A stretch of DNA of 44,610 nt, filler included, from Jimgerdemannia flammicorona (GCA_003990765.1; 2 parts of 2 records of this genome joined end to end with filler, not necessarily neighbours in it); one strand, 5' to 3'; shown: positions 13,265 to 24,810, counted from the whole stretch's first letter. Translations and numbers: made by a program. The notes: a model not told the origin generated them from the sequence alone.

Positions 13265-13979
13265 GTTGGTAATAGCGAGTTTGACAAAATTGCGGAGGCG
13301 AAAGCCACAAGGCAGGGAGGTGGCTTGGTGCGACACGTAGTCGCTCTTTCCCAATATAAAAGCTTGCCAGGCCTCTTATAGCATCGCGCACCGGCGCACC
13401 CCCCGACCTCTACAACCCCGCCCCTCAATATCCAATACCACAAAGGCAGCGCCCTCGACCCAGATCCTTGCTCACCAACACCTCCATTGTCATCCACAGT
13501 TGGCACCATTGCCAATCAGAATAATTATAGTGGCAAATGGACTTACGAGAGGCCGAACCGCGACGCGGTTGTCACTGACGCAAGGGAACTGGCCGCCTCC
13601 GCCACCGATGTGGCCCGGTGTATTTTTCATGAGCGAGCGCTTTCCCCGGGTGGATTCTCGGCGAAAGATACATCGACGAAGAGGGAGGCCGAGAAAATCC
13701 TCGTGGGTGACGAGTTCAAGGGCCGGTTGTGGGTCAGGCTATGATAACTTCACTAACGCTGCCTCTTTGCCTGCTCTTCATTGACCACCGATTGCCATAA
13801 CTACCTTTCTAAAAATATCCAGGCATCGTCTACTCATACCACTGGCGCCAGTTTATGGTCCCTATTGCCTTCGGTGCCATCTTCATCTCCATCCTCTTCT
13901 CGCCCTTTAAATCATATATCCCTGACTCGGTCACCTTTCTCACAGATCGGCCATGTTGGGTTTGGTGGTTGTGCGTAGG

Positions 13980-14290
13980 CTTTGTTTGATCAATATCAAC
14001 ATTGTGTATGCCAAATTCTCTATTCTAACTATCACCACAGTCGTCATCAGCGTCTGGGATCTCTCACCCATGTATCCACCTTCCCATTTCTCCCCTCTTC
14101 CTATCCAACCAACCCTGGTCACCACCCCGGCCACCCCACACACCGTCTGGCGACATCTCCTATCTCTCTGAGCTCGCCGTCTCGGACATTCTCGTCACAT
14201 GCACGCTAGACTCACTCCTAACCGGAACCCTCGTCTACAAGCTGAACGGCGCCGAGATTCACGATGTAGCGTGCTTCATTACGCATGAAA
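13980..14290 (+). pseudogene. Third duplicated F-box/WD40 3' fragment
   Basis: Homologous to 11200-11620 (TVVISVWDL, ATPHTVWR, CTGAACGGCGCCG), with further deletions. Confidence 0.8.
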
Positions 14291-14453
14291 TAGGTGTTAG
14301 GAGCAAGTTGGTAACGTGATACGTTTGGCCAGGATGTGGCCGGCAGAACAATATCTCGACATTTCGCCTCCGGCTCTCGTTTCCCTAGTAAATAATCCCA
14401 GCTCTACACATTCGGACTCTCCCTGAGACGCGTGCCTAGACAGCCTCCTCGAA

Positions 14454-14540
14454 GACACGGACACGGACACGGACACGGACACGGACACGGACACGGACAC
14501 GGACACGGACACGGATACGGACACGGACACGGACACGGAC
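14454..14540. repeat. (GACACG)n hexanucleotide microsatellite, ~14 copies
   Basis: Direct reading; one variant unit (GATACG). Confidence 0.97.
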
Positions 14541-17399
14541 CCTTGCCTCAATCCTGCCGCTAGGCTCGCCACCAAACAGAACTGTCCCACCACAGTCTTC
14601 CGTCCGAGTCGTGCTTCGTCCGACTCGCGTGTCGTGCTTCGTCCGACTCGCGTGTCGTGCTCCAATAGTCACAACCAGACAACCGTTCCAGCCCTGCATC
14701 AAGACGCGTCCTCCTACATGCCTGCCCGCATCCCGCAACACTTTTCCTTTCCCAGCCTGCAGCCTGGCTTGACCTGGTACAGACATTCGACCTCAGGCGC
14801 GCCGGCGACCTCGTGTCGTCGCAAGTTCCCCTTCGGTGATGACGTGCTGGAACGGGGGAAGGAATTGGACAGGAGGGGAGACGGAGAAAGGGTTGCGCCG
14901 GCGACATGGGTGAGCGAGCTTGCAAGGGAGAGAGGAAAGGAGCGGGGTGGAGGTGGAGGGAGGAAGGCCAGTGAGGAAGGACGAGGAATGAAGTTAAAGT
15001 GGTATGTATTGTGTGGCATACATTGTTTTGCTGTGTGTTGGGTGATATGGCGAATACGACCTCATTTTTATTATACCCCTATGCCAGTACTGTCATCGGC
15101 CTAATGGAGGCGCTCAACATCCCTGCTACCGACAACACTGTCACCATGTACTGGTAGGGCGAGGTGGGTTTCGCCGACTTGTGTGGCGGGTCGCGAGTTG
15201 AGGGTTTGTAGACGTGTTGTGGTATGTGTGTTAGGGTAGACCGTGCGATTTTCGCTTCGTGCGGGACTCGCGATATCATTATTTCCCTCCCCTTCTCGAT
15301 GATTGTATCTGCTTTCTTGAAACTTCTGTTTATATATCTCTCTTCTCTGCCGTGCTGCAGTTTGTCACGCTATCAACCATGTCCCGTGGACCAACAACTG
15401 GGACGGTTTCATCACGAAGTTCAACAACCTCTCAGCTGCTTCGCGTCACGCAACTAAAGTTGGATTATTTACAGTGGTCGATAGGTAAATGGTATTGTAT
15501 ACCTGGAAACTTGTTTCAAGTGTTGACGATGAAAGCTCAGTTATAGGATTCTGTTTGGATTTTCTATTCACAGTGCACTTTTGGTGATATGTTAATGCCT
15601 CATTATACTATGTTTATTCATCCGACATCAGTTATCAATCACACATCCACCATCAATGTCATACCGCGGCCCCATCTGTAGGCTTTATCGAGTGTGAAAT
15701 GGTCGGGCAAACTTGACAGTTGATTACTATCACAACCCAAATTAAGTTGTCGCCACGGTGGCGTAATGGTTGATTTATTGTAAGTGCATGAGGTTGAAGC
15801 GTGTTGTGGGTAGTGATAATCTTGATAACTGATAACTCGTTGCCTATAGTTGATACTTCATGGCCATATTTTCTGTAAATAAGCAATAAGTTATCATCAC
15901 CTTTACCTGTGCAATTGCGCACACAATTCATATTTCGATATTGTACTGCGCGAGTGAAACTGGAAATGTAAAGTGAATAATAAGCATACCGAACCCAACT
16001 GTTGGGATTTTTACTGAAATTACTGGAGTAGAACGAGGGGATGTTTTTATTGATACTCAAGTTATGCGTTGCAGATTGATGACATAAGAATGATGACGTA
16101 TCCGTTGAAGAACAAGCAAAGGTTTCATTGGTCATGAAAAGTCTAACATCTGGCTACATATAATTTGCATTATCAATTTTTGCATTCCACACTCACAATT
16201 TGCATGAGAATGCTCATAGTATCCTCTGTTCCTCTCAGCCCAGCGAAGGGATTTGATATGTCGTCCGCGGCTTATTTGATACTATGACATCGTTGACGAC
16301 CTTGTTTCGATGGAAACCATTTATTATCCCCATCTATAGTGAGCGCCTTCACTGAGACCAGAACTGCCATACCAGCATCGCGATCGGATTCACAGCTGCT
16401 CACGCTTGTATACCCCACATGTTACTTGATCACCCTGCATGCCTGCAGAATACCCGTCATTTTATGTTTGTAACCCTCAACTCCCACACACATCATAGCT
16501 GGCGGCTTCACCAGGCATTTGGGGGGAGGGGGTGGGGGGGGTGCCTTTCCATGCGTTAAAGAATGTAATCTACAAAGGAGAGAATTCACAACGCTTCGCA
16601 TTGATTACGCCTCAGCATTGGCGGATAAGCAAAGGATGTGGTGATAAACGAGCACTACTGTTTTCGACGATCGGAAGTGGTGGTGACTGCAAAAAAATTA
16701 ATGGTATATACTAATGCGCAGTGAAAATAAAGGTTGCTGTGTTGTGTCATTTTGGTCTTTATTATTGTTGTGGAATTCGTAACGCCTTTTACTTACTGAA
16801 GATGACGTAGAATTGATGTAAAGGGATACGGCGTAAAGTCACGTGCCATACATGTCGAGTTGTCATTTCAACAATTATTTTAAAAAAAAAAAAATCGACA
16901 TACAACCATTTCAAAAAGCATGCGTGACTACCAAGAAAACAAATGGTCGACGTAAGATAACACGAAAACATGCATCCGCGCTTGGGTCGATGGTGCGTGC
17001 TCGCAGTGGGTGGCTTTTGTTTACAATAATGATAAAATACAAATAAGCTGCACTACGTTCTGGTTATGTGTAGCAAAAGAAAAATATTATGACTCTAGAC
17101 CCGAAATTTCAGGCTAGATTGTTGTCGCCATTTCAAACAATAGGCTATAGCGGGTAACAGTATCGATTTTGCAGTCTGGGCTCTCGGATGTGAGTCTCAC
17201 TAGAATCTTGAGATCAGTGCACCACCAGAAATTTGCTTGAGGGGACAGGAAGGAACGCCATCTCTACTTCCTCAGCGGACTCCACAACCTCAATATCAGC
17301 GACTCGCACCCAACGCGGCTTTGCTATTTCAACAATTCGCTAGCGCTAAACAATGAACGACGTATGCCCTAAATCCAATTAGATAGATACCTGTTTTCT

Positions 17400-17620
17400 G
17401 GCTTGCGCGGCTTATGCGGCTGCGCTTGTGCGGCTTGCGCGACTTATACGGCTGCCTTGCGCGACATATGGCGACTTGCGCGGCTTATGGCAGCGCTTGT
17501 GCGACTTGCGTGGCTTATGGCAGCGCTTGTGCGACTTGCGTGGCTTATGGCAGCGCTTGTGCGACTTGCGTGGCTTATGGCAGCGCTTGTGCGACTTGCG
17601 TGGCTTATGGCAGCGCTTGC
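17400..17620. repeat. 30-bp minisatellite GCGACTTGCGTGGCTTATGGCAGCGCTTGT, ~5 near-perfect plus ~2 degenerate copies
   Basis: Head-to-tail repeats without spacers. Confidence 0.95.
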
Positions 17621-18389
17621 CCTCATTATGGGGAAATGTAAAGACCATAATGGTTTCGACTTTGTCCGCTGATAAATTAGGAATCGTAGTGTGGCTAGTA
17701 TGACCATCTCTTTTAAATTCACAGCCGCATGAAAAGCTTCCCAATTCTCAATCGGATACGCTTGCGCAATGCGTGTTTGTGCCCGACCATCAAAGATGAG
17801 ATCCGAACGGTTATCCTCTCTAATGCGCATGAGGACTGCTATATTATATTACTGTTACTGGCATTATCTATTTGTCAGAGTTTTTTTCATGAGCAGATCA
17901 TTTTCGATTTGCAACGGTTATCCTTGCAGTTGACAATCTGCAATAAGTATAGATATGTACGGCCTATGAAGTATACAGGCACATTTGAGACCTCTCAAAA
18001 TGCTTACCCAACGCAAGAGAACCAAGTTCTCCATCGTCATGGTTTATTTGGTGTAACAGAGCTTCAGCTATGGAGAAATGAACGCAGATCACCATTTCTA
18101 TTTAACTTTCCAAAACGTTTCCTTCTTTCAGATTTATTTTCAATTTACACCCACTTCTTCTACAGTAAAGTAGGAAGACGTTTGCACCATTGTTTTATTG
18201 CACTTATACTGGAAAGAATGAATGATAACCCTTGAGCAAGAATGAAGACCATTCTGTTTTTGGGTTTACGCGGATCATCCACAAGCGGGTCGCGTCAACC
18301 CGCCAATAGACCCTGGACGCCGCAATAGACCTGCCATCAAGTGTGAAACAACTGGTTTGAGCGATTTACTACCTAGAACCAACTTGTCC

Positions 18390-18422
<33 letters not shown>

Positions 18423-20333
18423 CCTTTCTTTCCTTTCATTGATGGTAGAATTGCTCAATGTTGGTGGAGCAATATCATTATATTCTGTGATTTCCATACA
18501 CTGAATAATTATGGGTTTGTGACTTTGCTCGGATGTGACTATTGTTTCAGGTTCAGGTGGTGGGCAAAGACCAAAAGACTCCCAACCGTCGCTTTCTTTT
18601 CTTCATCGCTTGCTTCGTGCAAACTGCCTACTATATGGCCCGCTTGGGCGACGCTTGCGTGGGTATATACCTGCGTATAGGTACACCAAGTGTATGACAC
18701 CTGGTGTTAGACACTCCATGTGTATAACACCTTGTGTTAGATCGGTGTAGGTTTGTGCCCTAGCCGGGACGATAAAAGGGGCCCCTCTCCATTCTGGAGT
18801 GTGTATCTTAGCCTTTGTAGTTTTAACGGGTGGGGAAAGAAGTTGCCTATTTACGTTAAGTATTGCTCTCAGTTTCTTCTGCTGCCGTGTCTTTTTTTAT
18901 TTTATTTTTTTCGAATTTGCCCACTCACTATTACCACGACCGGAACGAAATGCCAACGCGAAAGCGTAGTGCCGCCCGGTTGGTCTTGGTTGCTCTTAGG
19001 CCAACTGATGACCCCCTTGAGCAAGGGCGAAACCGGTCTATTCATTTGGTGGCGTTTGTTTACATGATTATGTATTTTAATTTATAAACAATAAAAACAC
19101 ACGTCTTATAGACGGTTGGCATCGCGATTGTGAGTGAAAAGGTGAGCGAAAGGTATGCGTTTGATATGGTCAGAATTACATAGTCCGTTCTCGTCGAGAT
19201 TCACGGTCGAGATTTTGGTTTTGTCGCGTGCCTGAGACTCGCGCTGGCTTGTGGGTCGTGTGAGGGTTGGTGGTTTGAACGTGGGGCTGTGGGTCGTGTG
19301 AGGGTTGGTGGGGTTGTGGCTCGCGTGGGGATGTCGAACAGAGTACAGATACTCGTCCCCCTTCCTTCTCCCCGGATCCAGACACACGCAGATCGAGGTC
19401 CGACTCGCAACGCCATCTCACGCCATATGGCGAAGACGCTTTCGCACCTCGACCAAAAACGCCGATGAGCATGCTCAAAGCCTCTGAGGCTCTTCTAGAC
19501 GATGTCACAAAAATGTACCTCAAGTCAGTGTTCTGTATGAGAACCCTGCGCAGGTCGAGAGCTTGAGCGCCACAAATGGACATGATCTCTGATTTAAGTG
19601 TGATCATCTCTGTTTTTTGTGGGATTGGTGGGTGGTTGTGTCTGGGCAGCTATCTGTGTTGAACATATACAGTCTTTTAGATTATCCTTCATTCCAATTA
19701 TTCTACAGGACATCTTGACGGCCCAATTCACGGACGACCTGCTCCACTCTCTCAGCGGCGCCATCCTCCGCACCGAGCACCTCACCGCTATTATGGACGT
19801 TCGAGGACGGCGCCGCCTCCCGCATTGAGCACCTCATCGCCATTATGGACGTTTGGAGAAGGCGACGTCGAGATTGAGCAGGCCGGCAGGCTCGCCGATA
19901 AGGGAGGGTTGGGGTACGAATCAATCCGATATCGGCCCTTGGTCTAATAAATTTAAAAAGATTTTGAAATGGATGCACCACATAGAACATATCAACGAGA
20001 TTCATCCTCTCTTGTGCACTCGTTTTATTTTACTTTTTTGTGAATGACATTTAGAGTTTCGTATATACAGCTCTTGCTATGGGTATTTGTATCGCTCGTT
20101 TGTGTCATCGTAAAACTCGGTGATGGAAGATAAAGCAATTCAAGCAATTACAGGATATGCAGTATATTGATCTCTCGAAACGTTCATGGCCTTATGCATT
20201 GATGTCAATTTGACGATATTGAAACATCTGTGACCCATGTACGAATGGGATGATGATTTAAAACAACATGCTCAGAGTGGTGCTTTTCTACACATACGCA
20301 CCGTTCAGACAAAAAATACATATTCTCATCTAT

Positions 20334-21477
20334 TCACAATAACGAAATAATTTCCGTCACTACCTCCCTGAAAACTTCGATTTCCTTGTACCTTTCCATG
20401 ATCTCCTTAAAATTCTCGCACTTGCGCACGGCATTCACATTCTTTAAAACGTACTCTATGGCCCTCTTCCTCAAGGGAGGGTAGATATACGCCCAACCAA
20501 ATAGGATCTCGAGCGCTGTTGCCGGGACGAGCTCCTGCATAATTCTATTCTCGGCCTTTGCGGTGAGCTCGCTGATCTGGTACTTGTCCGAGAGGCAGTA
20601 GAGATCGCGCAGAGCCGCACCGGTAAACCTGTCGGGGTCCAGGAAGCCGCTGTAGAGAAACCAGAGCATCACCCTGAAGCACGGCACCGTTGTGTCTGTG
20701 ACCTCGATGGTCGCATTTTCGCCCTTCACCTGGTTCTCCATCATACCGCTGCTGAACATGGCCTTGAAATAGTCGCACCTGCTGGTGATGATGTTCTTGT
20801 CAACCTTAATTATTTGGCCACTGACGTTGAAATTCACGTCTAGGTTGCTCATCATCAGCTCGAAGATGGTTTCGAGGGACTCATTGGCAGGCATTTAATA
20901 CGAAAACTTGACTTCAATAGTAATACCCTCATCTCTGGGAGGTTGAATAAGTTACAAAAGTTTAATGAGCCTGCATGTGGAAAGATGGCAACGGATGTTA
21001 ACACCGAGCACACAGAGATGTTATTCGTACGACGAATCAAGATAATGACATATCATTCAGTGCTCACCCCCATCTTCTTTAGTGGAGGTAAACTCTTTTT
21101 TTTCGAGGTGCACCTCTGCAAAGAGTTTCTTTGATGATGCCGACCTACAAAGGAGTGTGAACTGGACATTTGGACGGACGCGAAAAACCCCCATCGGGTT
21201 TCGCTGTCCCGCCTTAACAAAAGCCGCTACGAACCCCTCCTTGCTAGTCATTACTTCGTTCTGTAAACCGATTTGTCCATAAGAACTCCGAAGCATATTA
21301 AAAGAAAATAGGAGACTCCCAGAGTGGACGGTGACTTGCTGGATAGAACGCCAGGCTCCAGCCGTCGTCGCCCGGAGTATACGCAATATGACTGGTGTAT
21401 GATCTCTCCTTCAAGTAGCAAAGCTTCCCGAACACCCAGCTGAAGGAGAACCCCATTTTCACCGTTTTGTCAAGCAT
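20334..21477 (-). pseudogene. MATH-BTB copy 4, frameshifted; exons 21477-21340, 21260-21068, 20970-20334
   Basis: Exon 3 is 637 nt versus 647 nt in copy 3, because of a 10-bp deletion (TGTCTCTCGC) at ~20951 that shifts the frame before the BTB domain. The conserved MATH Trp is also lost (KESWG > KEDGG). Confidence 0.85.
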
Positions 21478-21609
21478 ATTTAGCGAATTTGGGATAGAGG
21501 CAGTAGGTGGCTTATGCAACACGTCATTTTGGCCAAACTATCTCGGCATTGTCTGACTCGTTCACCTTTCTCACGGATTGGCCATGTTAGGTATCACCCA
21601 AATTCTTTC

Positions 21610-21660
21610 CCTCGTCTATGAGCTGAACGGCGCTGGGATTCACGATATAACGTGTGAGGC
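21610..21660 (+). pseudogene. Short fourth remnant of the F-box/WD40 exon 2
   Basis: CCTCGTCTATGAGCTGAACGGCGCTGGGATT (LVYELNGAGI), followed by the same spacer as in the other units. Confidence 0.7.
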
Positions 21661-22124
21661 TAGTGTATCACTATTTGTATTATTGGTGGAGATTGCGGGG
21701 GGATTTAAATATGGAGGAAGACGACGATTAAAAGGGTTCTGTGAGCTTTTCCAGTTCTTAAAAGAGATATATGGGAAGCAGAGTTTATTGTTAGAAGCAA
21801 ACTTGGTGACCTTGAGCGAGACAGGATTGCATCTCAATGCGGCAGTTATTTTTATATTAATAGTAACATTATCTCGACATTTCACCTCCAAGCTAGCAAC
21901 GGCTCTATTTTCCCTAGTAAATAATCCCCACATTCTGACTCTCCCCGAAATGTGTGCAATCCATCCGATACCGGCCCTCGCTCTAATAAATTTAGAAACG
22001 AGCACACCGCATAGAACATGCCCAGCGAGATTCTTCCTCTCTCGTGCGCTTGTTTCATTTTATTTATTTATTTGTGAATTACATTCAGACAAAAATACAT
22101 ATTCTTATAAGTAGATCATCTTAT

Positions 22125-22261
22125 TCACAATATCTCAATCAATTTCGTCACTAACTCTCTGAAAACCTCAACTTCCTCGCACCTTTCCATGACCTCCTTA
22201 AAATTCTCGCAATTGCGTATGGCATTCACATTCTTTAAAACGTACTCTATGACACTCTCCT
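22125..22261 (-). CDS. 3' end of MATH-BTB copy 5, truncated by the assembly gap
   Basis: Encodes SVIEYVLKNVNAIRNCENFKEVMERCEEVEVFRELVTKLIEIL*, homologous to the C-termini of copies 1-4. Confidence 0.8.
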
Positions 22262-22361
22262 NNNNNNNNNNNNNNNNNNNNNNNNNNNNNNNNNNNNNNN
22301 NNNNNTTAATTAATTAANNNNNNNNNNNNNNNNNNNNNNNNNNNNNNNNNNNNNNNNNNNN
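22262..22361. other. Artificial gap linker N44-TTAATTAATTAA-N44
   Basis: Exactly 100 bp and symmetric; the central 12-mer gives stop codons in all six frames. Confidence 0.95.
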
Positions 22362-24188
22362 GGAATTCACAGACCTCATAGCTATGTATGCGGCAGCCTT
22401 TTTGGAGCAGCCGATAGTAGATGTAGGTTGCTCACTCGGCCGCCACTTGTTTACTTGTGTTTATTTATTTAAACTTCCCCAGCACAACCCAATTCACCTT
22501 GTGCTTTTCTCAGGGTCTACAGCTCTACGGCGAGATCTGCCGACTTTATTTGCAATATCTGGTCAAGATGAAGAAAGGCTGGTGGACATTGCAGGGCATG
22601 CCTTTGGTGGCTGAGCTATTGAGTCAATGCATCACGTGGCGGAGGTCTCAAAAGGAACAGAAGCAAGCCTTCATGAGCAATTCTTGTGCAACTCATGCAA
22701 CTCATCGGCGTGCAACTTGTCGGCATGCAACTCGTCGGCATGCAGCTCACTCACTCATGCTCTTTTTCTGAAATACCCATCTCCGTGTTTTATTTAACTT
22801 TATTTTTACGTAGTCTCCCCCTAAAAAACACCCACACCTGTATGCAACCCATCCGCATGCAACCCACCCACCTGCATGCAACCCACCCACACGCAACCCA
22901 CCCGCAACCCACCCGCACACAACCCACCCACACACAACCCGTCTGCATACTTATCTTGGTCCCTCAGATCAGGGCTCAGTTCCAGTGGAAAGGAGAGTTC
23001 AAAGTTACCCAAGTTCAACCACATCCGGCATCTGATCAAATAGAGAAATTCAAGGGCAAGATGTTCAGCATGAGCAGTACCAGCATCATCATCAAGGCTT
23101 GGGGATCTACATTCGAATCAGAGCCAATCATACTCGACCAAGGGGTCCATTGGCCAGCAGGAGTAACCAACAATGAAGAGAACCATATCTTTATTAACGA
23201 ACGTGGAGAGGTGGTTGCGATGGTAGTAAGAAACCTCTACGGCGATGAGCTTCGCCGCCACATCAACGAGATTTGCGAGGATTGCATCAAATACCAGGTG
23301 GCAGGGAAGAGGGGGCAAAAAAAGCAAGGAGGGGGGGTTTGGACGGGAATTGGATATACTGCAACACTGGCGAAGGGTGGGTTCCGAAATCCCCTGCACT
23401 CGTCTCTCTTTTTTTTTAACCCCTCCCCAGATAAATCACACTCTTTGCTGACATACTCTTTTTGATACAATTCCAGGGATGCACAAGATTCTGTACCCCT
23501 ACTAGAACTTTAGAAGTGCCGTCGAAGAGCAAACTGCATGCGAGCATGACACGGCCTGTGCGGCAATGGCGGCTATGATCTGGGGTTCTTTGAGCAGATT
23601 GGTAGAGCATACGGCAGGCCAGCTTGGTGGTGATCTCAGCGCGGCTGTACGTACGTTCTTGGCGCAATTTAGCATGCCATATGAGGTGAGGAGCTCCGCT
23701 TTTTTGGGGTGCTGCAGCCCGGGGGGTTTCTGCAGCCCGGGGGGTTTCTGCCTCCCGAACGCAAAAAGGACTGACCAGTTACTGTCCGTTTTGGCAGGTT
23801 TCCAAGCCGGGGCTCCCAGGGCTGGACCAAGAGCAGGCATCCACCAGTACAGCCTGGCAGTATGAGGTTCTGGGCCAAGGGTTCACCTAACCGTACGCTC
23901 GTGTCACATCAGGATATGTCAGGCACAACCTTTCTCTGCCCACACACAGACAACAACGTTACTCTGGTAATGTTTTACGTCCCGAAAAGGAAGGGCCCAA
24001 CCTGGGAGGATAGCAGCGAAGTCTGGTACGACCTCACCTATGGTTTTGGGGTCCCATTTGTGGCCAACACGGCCGTCCTATTCCAACCACATGACCACCA
24101 TAGCACCGTCGCCTTCGAGGAGAGCTCGGACACAATAGTCGTTACACTCACAATGGATGATAGGCTCATCAAGGCCTGGGACCGGTAG
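22362..24188 (+). pseudogene. Multi-exon gene with C-terminal 2OG-Fe(II) dioxygenase-fold (TET/JBP-like) domain; 5' end lost in gap; probable premature stop
   Basis: Probable exons: ~22362-22421, ~22512-22660, 22968-23376, 23477-23685, 23798-~23859, ~23913-24188. The last exon has LCPHTDNN (HxD) ... GFGVPFVANTAVLFQPHDHHSTV (distal His). In-frame TAG at 23503. The last splice junction is uncertain. Confidence 0.55.
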
Positions 24189-24494
24189 GTGGAGTAGTTT
24201 TTGTGAGGGTTAGGCAATCTTTCATGGGGGTTAGGCAGCCATTTTGTATGGGTTGGGCAGTCTTATGTGGGGGGGTTGGGCTGGGCACCTCTTATGTAGC
24301 ACTAGCTTAGCCATTATGCAGGGCCCTACTGGCCCCTTGGCCCTGCTCTGTAGTGCCACCGGTGCGGCACTGCGGCATAGGGCCGGGGTGCCTGTGGGAC
24401 CCGAACCGGTGACTTCAACTGCTGGAAATGCCCTCCGACCACCAGAAGCACCCTCTGCCCGCCAGAAGCACCCTCTGCCCTGGACTCCTTGGCG

Positions 24495-24810
24495 GCTTGG
24501 GGCTGCCCCTATGCCACTGGCAGAGGGCCGCAAATTTTGCGCGCTCCCTCTGCCTGCCCCGCCCGCCAACCGATCCTGCCCACTGACCCGGGTGCTGATA
24601 GCTTGGGGCTGCCCCTCACTGCTGGCAGAGGGCCGCAAATTTTGCATACTCCCTCCGCCTCCCCCCCTGACCTGGACAATTGCAGCTTGGGGCTGCCCCT
24701 TACTGCCGGTGGAGGGCCACAAATTTTGTGTGCTCCCTCCGCCGACCCACCCACCGACCCAGGCACTGGCAGCTTGGGGCTGCCAACCCCACCTCACTTT
24801 GGCCGCAAAC
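24495..24810. repeat. 3.5 diverged copies of an ~85-105-bp GC-rich repeat (GCTTGGGGCTGCCCC...GAGGGCCGCAAATTTTG)
   Basis: Unit starts at 24495, 24601, 24685 and 24772. Confidence 0.85.

Larger units (their letters stand above)
14436..19918. mobile_element. ~5.5-kb insertion of mosaic sequence in the array spacer (no TSD; rolling-circle/Helitron-like origin possible)
   Basis: The empty site CCCTGAGACGCATGC|AATCAATCC near 11790 is split here into ...CCCTGAGACGCGTGC (ends 14435) and AATCAATCC (starts 19919). Minus-strand termini read TC...CTAG. No transposase seen. Confidence 0.55.

Noticed and set aside
14297..15104. ORF-track proteins with (SV)n / (RV)n repeats and overlapping GC-rich ORFs
   Set aside because: They are by-products of the GACACG microsatellite and high GC; no recognisable domain.
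15659..16135. 158-aa minus-strand ORF as a gene
   Set aside because: No recognisable motif or convincing exon structure; at most a decayed fragment within the insertion.
17400..17620. 30-bp repeats as a CRISPR array
   Set aside because: Units are head-to-tail with no unique spacers, there are no cas genes, and the context is eukaryotic.
22306..22317. TTAATTAATTAA palindrome as a biological site
   Set aside because: It is centred in an N-run and is a synthetic six-frame-stop linker.
24351..24362. TAGTGCCACCGG as the left TIR of the hAT
   Set aside because: Only 6 contiguous bases match TAGTGCTCCG, the preceding 8 bp (CTGCTCTG) differ from GCCAGGGC, and the flank is not Gypsy sequence.
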